Source: Octopus sinensis (Eukaryota). From it: a DNA stretch of 64,000 nt. Position 1 is the first letter of the stretch. Every line of letters starts with the position of its first letter. The stretch lies in the NCBI RefSeq assembly GCF_006345805.1, contig NW_021834219.1, positions 1-64,000 on the forward strand. The letters are read 5' to 3'. A model generated the notes under the pieces. The model searched no databases. It was not told where the DNA came from and saw only the letters and a list, made by a program, of their open reading frames with translations. Of the stretch, positions 39,155 to 52,029 are shown in pieces. A program made the translations under genes and the position numbers.

Positions 39155-40718
39155 TATATAAACAAAAGACGAAGGCAGGTGTAGTACAAACAAACAATGT
39201 ATTAGTGTGGCGCTCAGGAATAGAAATAAAACAAGTCTTTTACATTTCGAGCCTACGCTCTTCGACAGAAAGATACACAGAAAAGAAACAAGGAGAGAAA
39301 CAAGGAGAGAAAAAAATGCGTGTAGAGGCTAACGATCCAACATGGCGTTCTGATTTCAGGCAGAAGTCAGAGATGAGAGGTCAGACGTTAGACGCTAGAG
39401 GGATAGTAAGGGAGATAACAGGGTCAAGTGACCTCACTTCAACATGAATGTGCGTGTGTGTATAAGAGAGTATGTATGTGCGTGTGAAAGAGGGCTGGTG
39501 GTCTGGACGTGTGTATGTATGTATGTATGTATGATGATGTATGTATGATGTGATGTATGGTGTAGTGTAGTGTGGTGTGATGTTGTGGGGAGGTGGGGGT
39601 AGGCGAGAGTGGGGAAAGCCCATGTGGGGGTGTGGGTTTGGCTGGGGTTGGGGTAGAGTGAGAGGGGGAGAGAAGAGAGAGGAGGGGAGGAGAGAAGAGA
39701 GAGGGGAGGAGGAGGGAAGAGAGATAGAGGAGATGAGGTGGAGAGGGGAGGAGAAGGAAGGAGAGGAGGATGGGGATGGGAAAGGAGGGGAGAGGGAGGG
39801 AATGAGAAGGGGAGTGAGGGAGCAGAGAGAAAGAGAGAAAGGGAAGAGGGAAGAAGAAAGAAGAAGAGGGAAGAAGGGAAAGAAGGGAAGGGAGGGAAAG
39901 AGAGTAGGGGTGAAAGGATGAAGGACTGAAGAGAAGTAGGAGTCGGGGGGGGGGGTTAGATGAAAAGGGGGGGAGAGTTGAGACCAAATGGCGTAAAAGA
40001 GCGAAGAGAGAAGATTAATCCCAGTTCACGGCGCAAGCGGGAATCCGGATGGCCTCTGTGCAACGACAATCCGAACACAGACAGGTGTTGCAAGGAGTGA
40101 CCGATGGAGCGGAAATGGCGTGAGACTGGTGTGTCATTAGCATGGCGGAGGTCTTGGAGGTGTTCCGCGAACCGGTCAGCCAAGCGGCGTCCCGTTTGTC
40201 CGATATACAGAGAATGGCAGAGAGAGCAGGAGATGCAAAAGATGATATTGCTGGAGGTGCAGGTAAAGGAGTCGATGATGCGATAGGGCCGATGATGGGT
40301 GCCAGTGAGGAGGGTGGTGTTGGAGAGGTAAGGGCAAGTGCGGCAGCGTGGGCGGGAGCAGGGGAACGAGCCAGGTTGGGAGGTAGGGTCAGGGAAGAAG
40401 CTGTGGACCAAAAGGTCTCGTAGGTTATGGGCTCGTTTGAAGGATGGGAGGCGTCGGTTAGGGTCGGTGTGAAGTGGACGGGTTTGACTGGAGATGCCGG
40501 AAAGCTCGAAGAATGGTGCGAGGGAGAGGTAGGGTGGTGGGGTGGTAAGTGAGGGGAAAAGGGAGGCGAGAGTCTGCAGGCGGGTTCGGGGAGAGCAGAT
40601 GCACGGTCTACGGAACGTGCTCTGGCAAGGGCGGTGTGGATAGTGGTGAGAGGGTATCCACGTAGGATGAAGTGGCGAGCCATGAGTTGAGACTGAGTCT
40701 CAAAGTCATGGTCGTCAC
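39155..40718 (-). mobile_element. Neptune-like PLE, 5'-truncated: GIY-YIG endonuclease, low-complexity 3' UTR, terminal repeat
   Basis: ORF 39956-40411: CSRPRCRTC...FTCTSSNIIFCISCSLCHSLYIGQTGRRLADRFAEH...PVSRHF...H...RELGLIFSLRSFTPFGLN. Upstream HFILRGYP thumb motif. Truncated at (TA)n. Confidence 0.9.
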
Positions 40719-40770
40719 TATATATATTATATATATATATATATATATAAATGTATATACATATATATAA

Positions 40771-40814
<44 letters not shown>

Positions 40815-40929
40815 ATAAATACATATATATACATATATATATTTTTAATACAACCAAAGTACCTAGAGATGAAAGTAGTAAGTATAATGAGAAGTAATGT
40901 TATCGCCAATTCAATATAGATGGTCTGTA

Positions 40930-41362
40930 AGAAAAGTTTTTAACCTCTGGAGGAGCCTCTTCCGGCTGGTTATCGATGCAATATAACAACACATGTATAT
41001 TGCAAGCAGGGGAGCGAACCCCTAACATCTAGCAGAGTTGGCGATGGACATTACTTCTCGGTATAGTTACTACTTTCATCTGTTACCGAAATTTTCTAAC
41101 TAGCTACTTTGCTCGTTGCAAGATCAGTGACTGATTGTCACTTATTTTTGTATATATTGCGAGTTGGAACACATAGCCGTTACCTCTAGTAGGCGGTTGT
41201 CCACCGCTGACAATGTGCACAAATAGCTCGAAACTGTTCTGTCTGATGGTCCCGTCGTCTGTTAGAAGATGTTAGGGATGTGCTCCCCTCTTTCTAATAT
41301 ATATCGGGTGCAGATTGCATCGATGACCAAGTGGAAGAGGCTTCTTCTAAGTTTAAAAGCGG
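40930..41362. repeat. Foldback element, ~100 bp diverged arms, degenerate HHR-like motif inside
   Basis: AGCCTCTTCC...TCGATGCAAT...GGGGAGC..CCCTAACATCT / AGATGTTAGGG..GCTCCCC...ATTGCATCGA...GGAAGAGGCT. CTGACAA...GCTC-GAAAC at ~41207-41235. Confidence 0.7.
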
Positions 41363-42789
41363 TAGTAACATCGGTGCATAGGAAATAGCTATATTGAGGT
41401 AGCGACGAAGATTTTTTTAAAAACCTATCTGGCTAAATCGCGACAGCAACTCCTGTTCTGGCACTCTCAAACTATTTATCGTTGACGATGAAATGAATTG
41501 CTGCTCCCTCAAGCGGTCGAGTGTACATCATTGACAAGATTAAATAAGGTCGAAATCATGTGATCTGGTGATTTAAGCGCTGGATGTAGCGGCGATTTAT
41601 CTCCTCGCTAGTAATATAAACAAAAGCGTATTTTGCACCAAAAGCCAATATTAGAGTTTCCTTCCTGATAACTACTGCAGCATCGTTTGTTCTTGCAGAA
41701 CGTCCACTTTTCGGTGGGGATAAATATTACCTTTCTGTACTAATACTGCTTCTGTCGCTAATATATATTTTTAAACATACTGTATGTTTACTAGCTCCCT
41801 TTTTATATTTCGCGGTGATTATTTTCGGAAGAAACTTTCCTGGTGGTTATTTTACATCGTAGTTACAAATTAGTTAATGTTAGTTATACTCGTTAACTAG
41901 ATTATTCTGTAAAAATTATCGCCGTCGTTAATATATTAAATTTATCCTCCAATAACAAACTAGTACAGGTGTCTTAAGTTTCTTTAGGAATGTCGATATA
42001 TGGTGATTAAGGTCAGTTTATTAATGATCTCAGTGATTTATATACTGCATAATCTCGCTAAGTAATTGTGAAATTAATTGAAACCTAAAACTGAAATATA
42101 TGCAACATGCGATCATCTATTTTTTAGTATTATTATTATTACCAAATGAATGCGTAATACACATGCGGTTCAATACCAGCACCTGGTCTTTGAATGTCTA
42201 ATATAATTCAGTCAATTGTGTATATTCAAGGCACACTTCACCGTTCCCCCCCACACACACACACACGCACAGACGCAGACACACACACATATGCACACAT
42301 ACGCACACACAAGCATACACACTCACACACATTCATCTCTGGTTCGTCCTTCATATGTTAACATCCAAATATTTTAAGTTGAGCGTCGATGGCATTTTAT
42401 ATACTTGCGGCATCCAGAGAAAGCTATAACCATTGCTCCCCTTTCAAAGATTATTTTTAAAATGTACATTCACACATGCACAAATCCATAAACTAATGAT
42501 TCCCACCGGTGGAGCATACGACCTGGGAAAATTATGGTGGGGCGTTGGATCCAAGAATTTTTCTTCAGTGGGACATGGAATTCTGAATATCATTTTTCAC
42601 GGACTTTTGGTTAACTCAACTAATGCTAGTAGAAGTTTCAATGCAGTTTCAAGAAGAATTATCAGAATTGTAACGTGATGAATCAGTGATTACTTTGTTC
42701 ACCAAGATGTAGCCTATACAACTATATTTTGTACAAGTTTACAGCAATAGTGTCATCGAAACCTAAATCTTCCTTTTTTTTCCTGTTTT

Positions 42790-43245
42790 ACCCACCTGTC
42801 TCAGTCATTAAATCGCGGCCATGTTAGGCCATTCTACCTTTAAGAATTTTTAGTTGAATGTTCAAAATGAAAGGTACCAAGATATACATATGTCATGAAG
42901 AAATTTTAATTGAATCGACCCCAATACTTACATTTTTTAAAGCCTGGCACTTATTCTATCCGTCTTTTTTGCCAAACTACTAAGTTACTAGGACATAAAC
43001 ACACTGATACCGGTTTTCGAGCATTGGTGGGGAACAAACATAGACACAGAGGAACACGCATAGTTACATACATATATACACGACGGGTTTCTTTTAGTTT
43101 CCGTCCACAAAATCCATTCACAAGGTTTTGGTCAACCGAAGACTATATTAGAAGGTACTCCCTCAAGGTGACACCTAATGGGACTGAACTCAGAACCATG
43201 TGGTTAGGAAGTAAGCTTCTGACCGCAGAGCCACGCTTGCGCCTA
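42790..43245 (-). mobile_element. SINE family A, diverged
   Basis: Tail and head (GGGACTGAACTCAGAACCATGTGGTTAGGAAGTAAGCTT) are recognisable. Further copies at 28725-28990, 45105-45230, 46755-47065 and 49845-50155. Confidence 0.8.
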
Positions 43246-43582
43246 TACGAAAATAATTTCTAAATATTATATCGGGAATAAAGACATTTTTCAGAATTCA
43301 GACGCCAAAAGAAAATATCGATTGAAAGAAATAAAACACGAAAGATTACAAACACACACACACTGGTGATACAGAATAGCAATGGAGTTTTGTTAAAACA
43401 ATTTCAAAGCTGTCTTCGTTGTTATATCATTTGATATATGTCTTTCCATGCCAAATTTGAAAGCGGGGGGAGGGCTCATTACCGATATGTGTGTGGAGTG
43501 CGTGTGGGTGTGTGTGTGTGTGTGTGTGTGTGTTGTATATGTGTGAGGTGTGTGCGTGTATGTGTGTGTGTGTGGATGTGAA

Positions 43583-43880
43583 AGCATGTTGCTCAGTGGT
43601 TAGGGTATTCAGCTCGCAATCATTAAGGTCGTGAGTTCGACTCCCGGCGAAGTGTTGTATTCTTGAGGAAGACACTTTATTTTACGTTGCTCTGCTCAGC
43701 TGGCAAAATGAGTTGTACCTGTACTCCGGGCAGCTTTGTAACATTCTGTGACGATGAACTTCCCTGAGAACTGCATTAAAGGTATGCGTGTCTGTAGATT
43801 GCTCAGCCACTTGTATGCTAATTTCAGATGCAGGCTGTTCCATTGATCAGATCAACTGGAACCCTCGTCACCATGACCGA
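43583..43880 (+). mobile_element. tRNA-derived SINE, family B-type head
   Basis: GCTCAGTGGTTAGGGTATTCAGCTCGCAATCATTAAGGTCGTGAGTTCGACTCCCGG (A and B boxes). Confidence 0.8.
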
Positions 43881-44113
43881 CAGAATGTCAATGGGAGATA
43901 CAAAATGACTAGAGTTAAGACATTTTGTATCTCCCAGGCTCCACTTATGACGTACAAATCAATTCACTTCTATCGAGGACAATACTTTTTTTTAAATATC
44001 GCAGCCTGGAATCGAAATCGCAACTACATCATTTCAAAGTTGAATTTATAACCAGACAATTCAGTGACAGTGCCCATTTTTTAAAATACTATCCTTATCT
44101 CTCATTTCCTCCT

Positions 44114-44170
<57 letters not shown>

Positions 44171-44647
44171 CCTCTCTTTCCCTTTTAGAGAGAAATCAAT
44201 AAAGCCATAACTTGTTGTAATGACGGAACTAAATCTCCGAGCTGTCGACATGTCACGTGTTCTCAGCTGGACCGTCTGCTGCCGTATGTCACGTCAGCTA
44301 TTGTATATTTAACGGACTTTTCAGCAGATTTCTGTGGCGACAGGTTGCTTGTCTTCTTGCCACTAACACACTGTTATCGGCAGGCTAACAATATCGCAGT
44401 TCTTTATTACCACATCGTTCTTTATTTTATTCTTTCTTCCCTATTTCGTTTCGGGATTGTATTTATTTTCTTCTTTTTTTTTTTCTTTTGGCTCTGCTTT
44501 GTGTCTTTCGACTCTATTGAAAAAAACTTCTTAGATTTCAGCTATACTTGTGCGAGCACGCACACACACAGACGCACACATACATAGAATATACACATAA
44601 TCACTTTTATGTCGTTTCTGCACGTTATATATATATATATAATATAT

Positions 44648-44729
<82 letters not shown>

Positions 44730-44730
44730 A

Positions 44731-44764
<34 letters not shown>

Positions 44765-44778
44765 ATATATATATATAT

Positions 44779-44809
<31 letters not shown>

Positions 44810-44922
44810 CACATATATATATATATATATGTGTGTCTGTGTGTATATATATGCATATTATATATATAGAGAGAGAGGACATTGATAGATAGATAGATAT
44901 ACATAATTACATACATATATAT

Positions 44923-44955
<33 letters not shown>

Positions 44956-45239
44956 ATGTGTGTACATATATATATATATATTATATATATATACATATAT
45001 ACATATATAAAACACACACAGACGCACACGGTATATGCATAAATCTTTGTACCACACACACAAGCACACGCGCGTGCGCACATATATATCTTTATATATT
45101 TATGATTTGTTTCCCAACCACATGGTTCTGGTTTCAGCCCCATTGCGTGGCACCTTAGGCAAGTATCTACTTGCCTCAGGCCAACCAAATCCTTGTGAGG
45201 GATTGCTAGACGGAAACTGAAAGAAGCCCATTGTATATA

Positions 45240-45319
<80 letters not shown>

Positions 45320-45360
45320 TATAGATATATATAAATATATAATACATTATATACATATAT

Positions 45361-46160
45361 GTACGAGTCTGATCAATAAGTATTCGGACTGTTGCTATAG
45401 TAACGAATCTAAAACACGTAGAGTAAAACCGCTTGACATAAATTGATCTCAAACTCTGTTGTGCATGTGCACTAAGTTTTAACGTTTTACCTCACTTATT
45501 CTATTTACAGCATTGTTTGGAATGAAGGTGTATAGCGTGCGATCGTCGCATTGAACATGACAAAGTTGAGCAGAGAATCTGCAGCAAATTTTGCCCAAAG
45601 CTTGGTGATGCCTACTCAGAGATCTACGCCAAGTTTTCAAAAATGCTTTCATCCTTCTCGACACAATCAAGGAGATCTTGTGCAACAGAAACTCGAGTGC
45701 CTCTTTTGGTCAGCTGAAAGCAATTTTGGCACAAACTCGGCAGACACGCGTCTCATCACCAAATCTCCAGTGATAATGGACTGAACTGAACCGTAGCTAA
45801 TCCACATATTCTTTGATAACTCAAGGATGGTGATTCGATGATTTTTCCCTCTCAACTGCACGAACATCAGCAATGTTTTTCTCAGTTATGCTGGTTGCAG
45901 GTCTCCCAGAACGTTCGTCATTATCGACATTTTTTCGGCCGTCTTGGAAACGTCTGAATCACTCGTACACTTTGGTGCGGCTCATAGACTCCTCCCCGTA
46001 CATTTTCTATACCTTTGCGTAGATCTCTGAGCAGTTATCGCCATGACAACTTTCTCTGTCATGGTCAATGTGACGATCACACGCTACACACCTTCCTTCC
46101 AAGCACAGCTGTAAATAGCAGACGTGAGCTAGAACTTAGTGCGCATGCGCAACAATCAGT
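45361..46160. mobile_element. Rearranged mariner transposon made of two inverted 5' halves
   Basis: Minus-strand transposase N-terminus RITILELSKNMWISYGSVQSIITGDLVMRRVSAEFVPKLLSADQK. 45457-45633 is an inverted homolog of 46013-46155. TACGAG..TGATCAATAAGT TIR-like start. Confidence 0.8.
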
Positions 46161-46214
46161 GTGGGAAACAAAAGATAGAATCAGCCCACCGTTGGACTGA
46201 TTACGCTAACAAAA

Positions 46215-46660
46215 CTTTGTTTTTGGTCAATAAGTGATATCTCCTATTTGCTTCTATCTAGAAATCAAAGAAAATGTCTACTATTCCCTTCAAAGTTTGA
46301 TTTGTCACCTGGATACCAATGTTTAAAATTGACAGTTAGATTTCAGACAGATTCAGCGCTGAATTGTTGAAGCAAAGATATTGTTATAAATATTCTGCTC
46401 AACACTACAAATTTGCTTGTCAGTTGCTTGACCATAACAACTTGAGCATGTCCCTTAGTGGCTGACAATATGTCCATCACTGACGATGAGCAGGAGTAGT
46501 GGGTGAGCATCATAGCCATGTGATGAGAGAGATTTGGTGAGTTTGAATAAATGTAACAAAAACAAATTTGGAGGAAATATTAGCCATTTATCATACTTTC
46601 TAGAGGCAAGCAAGTTGGAAATAGCAATTGCTACCCAAGGACAAAAACCGTGTTATACAA
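46215..46660 (+). mobile_element. Decayed RLE-type LINE fragment
   Basis: Homolog of 8170-8600 and, in part, of 13445-13578. Confidence 0.5.
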
Positions 46661-46880
46661 CAGAATTGACTCTAAGTGTAGGATTTTAAAATATATTTAA
46701 GTTGTTCTCAATCGGGATCTATATTACATTTTGTTATTAAAGCTTATGTTCATTTGGCTGTGTGGTACGAAGTTTATTTCCCAACCATATGATACCGGGT
46801 TCAGTTCCACTGTGATTGGATTTGGTAGACTTGTAAGTGGATTTGATAGACGGAAACTGAAAATAACCCGTCGATAGAAG

Positions 46881-46943
<63 letters not shown>

Positions 46944-47124
46944 TTGTTGTGTGTGTGCTATGTGTGTCTAAGCTTAAAAAGCTAAGTCCTGGAATCAATT
47001 CTTCGACTACAACTCTTCAAGACGGTGCTCTAGCACAGCTGCAGTCAAATGACTGAAACAAGTATGAATTAAATTACTTATACTTCAACAATAGACAAAT
47101 ATTAAAATACTTTTTTATATATAA

Positions 47125-47516
47125 CTAGCATATCGCCCGGCGTTGCTCGGTTTGTAAGGGAAATAACTATATAAACATTTTTAGAGAGTTATAGCCAAAA
47201 AATTGAAAAAAATGCATTAAAAATGGAAAAAAAATGATGGTAATTTTTTTTTAATCGTTGACTCATCGTAGACATTTTTAGAGAGTTACTTCCCTTATAT
47301 AATAGCGAAAAAATGCATTAAAATGGAAAAAAATGATGGTAAATTTTTTTTAAATCGTAGACTCATCGTAGACGCGCGCTAATACCCAGAAGGGCTCGAT
47401 ATGAATCACGACTATAAGATACCCGGTTTTGGTTAAACTGCACCGCAAAATGTGGGAGTAGTTAGGAATCTAAATCGTAGGAGACAGACACACAACTTCA
47501 TTTTTATATATAAAGA
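47125..47516 (-). mobile_element. Non-autonomous Helitron
   Basis: 5' TCTTTATATATAAAA, 3' hairpin CCGAGCAACGCCGGG and CTAG, inserted between A and T, no TSD. Highly similar to 53978-54476. Confidence 0.85.
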
Positions 47517-47589
47517 TTACTAATAATATTGAAGTACAAAAATATAAACATGGAATAGCTATGGGATGTGTGTGTGTGTGGGAGGTTAA

Positions 47590-47780
47590 TCATCATCATC
47601 ATCATCATCTAAATCCGGTTTTCCAAGCTGACATGGGTTGGACAGTTTGATTGGAACTGGTAACACCAGGGGCCGCTAAATCTCCATTCTCTATTTTCGC
47701 AGGGTTTCTACGACTGGATGATCTTCCTAATGCCAACTACTCGCCAGATTGTATAGGATGATTTTTCTATGATACCCTCA
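47590..47780 (-). mobile_element. Retroposon with (GAT)n tail, family D
   Basis: CATCATC...CCGGTTTTCCAAGCTGACATGGGTTGGACAG...GGATGATCTTCCTAATGCCAAC. A + strand copy at ~52160-52471 ends GGACGTTAAACGATGATGATG. Confidence 0.7.
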
Positions 47781-48009
47781 ACTTCCTTTAACTTTTGTTT
47801 TCCGTACATTTGAGCCATGTATAGTACACTCTCAGTTGGTCTCTCCAGTTTGATCTTGCCTGACTGAACTCCCTCCTCTCTTGAACTTTCTTCTCTCCTA
47901 CCTTCTCAGACATTCAGTACCTCTCCTTATCCACCTTAACATCACACCATACGGATTATCATTGGAACTTTACACTTTTCGGACTCTGCCATTATGGATT
48001 TTATTGTTG

Positions 48010-48081
<72 letters not shown>

Positions 48082-48089
48082 TATATATA

Positions 48090-49196
48090 TTGTTCGTGTT
48101 CGTACTCATTTTGCCCCGCTGCTTGGAATTTTGTTGTAATTCTCTCGCAGGAAGGCCTAGTGGATTAGTGTTCTGTCTTTGCCTTCGAAACATGCTTCAG
48201 TCTACTAGCGACAGCTGATGACGGGGTTTTTTCCTTGTGTAGCACGTCCTGTAACTGTTTTTTTTCGTTTTCTTGTTTTTTGTTTTTTTTTGTTTTTTCC
48301 GTCTTTCTACGTCTTATTGTGGTGTCCTGTACTCACGTATAATTATTTATATATGCATGTATATATACATGTAGATGTAGGTACGTACATATATGTTGTA
48401 TGTATGCATATTTTTTATTTATATCACATTATTGTCTGACAGCGCCCCGCGTCAGGTTCGTTCCGATTCGTCGTTTCGTTCCACCTCTTGGTTACTGTTT
48501 TTTTATATTATTATATATTTAAGACGCGGAATTCTCTCCTTTGCTTTACCCTCTCCACCCTCTCATCCTCCCTCCCTCCCACTCTCTCTCTCAGCCGCGT
48601 GTCCCCCTCCTCCTTCCTTCTTCCTTACTGCCAGCCTATAAAAATTTCTTTTACACGTTGCTCCTACTACTGAAAAGACTGCCTTCCACGCGCTGCTACA
48701 GTATCCTTCGTCTATGCCAGAAAAAAAGGCTTTTTCGTTCGTCCTCTCTTGGTGTTTTGATTCCTGTATCGTATTCTCTTTTTATTTTCTCGTTTTGTAT
48801 TTATTTGTATTTATTGTACATGTACTTTTATTTTTGCAGTTTTATTATTACGTCCTGTTCGTGTTCGTACTCATTTTGCCCTGCTGCTTGGAATTTTATT
48901 TTAATTCTCTCGCAGGAAGATCTAGTGGATTAGTGTTCTGTCTTTGCCTTCGAAACATGCTTCAGTCTACTAGCGACAGCTGACGACGGGGGTTTTTTCC
49001 TTGTGTAGCACGTCCTGTAACTGTTTTTTTTTTTTTTCGTTTTCTTGTTTTTTGTTTTTTGTTTTTTTTTCCCTTTCTACTTCTTATTGTGGTGTCCTGT
49101 ACTCACGTATACTTATTTATATATGCATGTATATATACATGTAGATGTAGGTACGTACATATATGTTGTATGTATGCATATATTTTATTTATCACA

Positions 49197-49200
<4 letters not shown>
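48090..49200 (+). mobile_element. Non-coding element with ~340 bp direct terminal repeats (pLTR/retrozyme-like)
   Basis: 48091-48430 and 48857-49197 are highly similar direct repeats around a ~425 bp core, with (TA)n on both flanks. Confidence 0.75.
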
Positions 49201-49236
<36 letters not shown>

Positions 49237-49243
<7 letters not shown>

Positions 49244-49720
49244 GAAGTAAATATATGGCACAACGAAGTACCGATATTTACTGGAAAATAGCGAACGTAT
49301 AATAACACGCTAATGTATAGCTTCACCGCGTATCTACTAGCAAAATGCGTGTGTGCAACAAACTTGAAAAAAATTGTCTTACCTCCAGCGTTTTGGCGTT
49401 TCAGTCGAGTGTATTGGCATTGATGTGGCAACATCTGAAATGTTATCGAGGTATATGTTGGCTGATGAAGATAAATCAAGTATATGTGTGCAGACATGTC
49501 TTGAAAAATCTGAAACCGGTCACACATTATCCCTTTCTAGGTATTTCATCTTTCAGATGTTCTCCCTGGAGGTAAGAAAATTTTTTTCAAGTTTGTTGCA
49601 CACACGCATTTTTGCTAGTACATACGCGGTGAAGCTATACATTAGCGTCGTATTATTACGTTCGCTATTTTCCAGTAAATATCGGAATTTCGTTGTGGCC
49701 ATATATTTACTTCTATGTAT
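49237..49720 (+). mobile_element. Foldback element with ~150 bp arms and a central HHR motif
   Basis: ATACATAGAAGTAAATATATGGC...CTTACCTCCAG / CTGGAGGTAAG...GCCATATATTTACTTCTATGTAT. HHR core at 49462-49521. Confidence 0.85.
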
Positions 49721-49798
49721 AATTTTCCCTCACGGGCTATTCTTTACTGGAAAGCAATACTCTCGTATTGCATTATATATATATATATATATATATAC

Positions 49799-49843
<45 letters not shown>

Positions 49844-50711
49844 GGGCAAATATCTTCTACAATAGCGTCAGGCCGCCGAAGCCTTGTAAATGGATTTGTT
49901 AGACGGAAACTGAAAGAAACCCGTCGTATATATATATATATATATATAATTTGGGTAGCTCTGTTTGTCCTCCACCACCACTTGAGAACCGGAGTTGATT
50001 GGTTTACGCGTCCCCGTAACCCAGCGTTTCGGCAAAATAGACCAATAGAATAAGTACCTGATTTAGTAAAATCGAAGTGCTGGAGTCGATTCATTCGAAT
50101 AAAATGCCCTAGTATGGCCACAATTTAATATGTGAAACAAGTAGAGGATAAAAGATAGAAGATTTGCTAAATTCTAATAAGTTTTTCCTAAATTTTCAAA
50201 ATATATAAAAAATTACCTTAGTACACATATCAAATATATGTGTTTACATGTCTGTGCATATAAGGGTATGTATGTAGTTTGCATGTTAGTGTGTCATACT
50301 TGTTGACCGCTCCATTAGCGAAGACATAGCAGCTTTACTACTTACAAAATAGTAAAAATCTGTTATTCATACAGAAATATTCATTGACGTGGAATTGACA
50401 TTTTTTTCTTTGTTCCTTTATTATATGTGGTCACATATCTTAACTAATAAATTTTAATACATCCTTTTATTTTATTCATATATGAAATAGAAGCAGTGCT
50501 AGTGCAATGAATGTTATCAACCACACATAGCGTATATGCAGGTAGGGCCATAGGCATGAAAAACACTGACAAGAAAGTCAAGGTCAGACGAAACAACACC
50601 CCCCAAATCCATCCAGGAGTGTTTCTCCATGTTTGTGGTTTCTCAACATCACTTGCCCGAACCGAACCCGATGTGTATTGCAACACCAATCCTCGACTGA
50701 TATATATATAT

Positions 50712-50758
<47 letters not shown>

Positions 50759-51974
50759 TAAAAACTATGTTCTGATATTCCCGGATAATACATAGGTAAG
50801 AATAAATTCAAATATGAAATAGAAGCAGCGCTAGTGTAATAAAAATCCACCACATATGTTTAACATACATACAAAGGGTTGTTTACCGGTGTTGTTGCGA
50901 TTTAGCGTGATGGAGATTATTCCTCAAAATCATAGACAGGCGAATAACTCGCCCCAAAACTGGCGAAACATTGAAATCCAACACATCTGAACGGCATTAG
51001 AGGTCAATTGTCTCGCCTGTCCAAGACATTCAGTTGTTTTAACAACCGACGCTTTGAAAAAGTATTCTACACCGCGTCAAACACGAAGGGGCTTGTGTTT
51101 AAAACATGTGTGGTCGATAATGTGTTTATTAGATATTTTTTATTGTAATCCCTATTTTGTTTCTGAAACTAATAAGTTATTTTTTGGCACGCACACACAC
51201 ACACACACACACACGCACGCACACACACACACACACACATACAAACACACATATATAAATCTATGCATGCATATATATATATATATATATATGCACTTTT
51301 GTGCACATGCATGCATGTTTTTGTGCTTTAAAACTGATCAATAATTAACATTTATTCGCATGTGAATGGTACAAAATAGCTTATACACGTGCACACAACT
51401 ATGAGTGAGGGAGTACACGTGCATGTGTGTATATTAGCATATACTTATCTTTATTGTCTTCTACTCCGTGTCGACTTACAAGTAAAACGACGAGCAAAAC
51501 CCATACACCGTCAATTATGATCTGTGTTATATATTGTTACATCATTAAAGTTTTTAAAGATTAAAAGCTGACATCAGTGCTTCTGAAAGAAAGCCTGTGG
51601 TTACTCGTGCTACAGACTCGCACACTCTTCAAGGGTGTGGCATTTTTCTATTGATCGTCCATTAAAAGTGTGTATGCAAGTATGTATATATGAATATATA
51701 GATATGTGTGTGTGTATGTATGTGTGTGTCTGTCTGTGAGTGTCTGTGTTTGTATGTTTGTGTGTATGTCTGTGCGTTTGAGTATGTGATATCTTTTTAT
51801 CTTTTATCTTTTCTCTGTTTCAGTCATTAGACTGTGACCATGCTGAACATCGCCATGATGACCAATGACTGAAACAAGTAGAACATGCAAGAATATGTAT
51901 ATGAGTGTATGTATGTTTGCATATTATATGTAATATATATATATATAATAATATATATATATATATTTATATTA

Positions 51975-52029
<55 letters not shown>

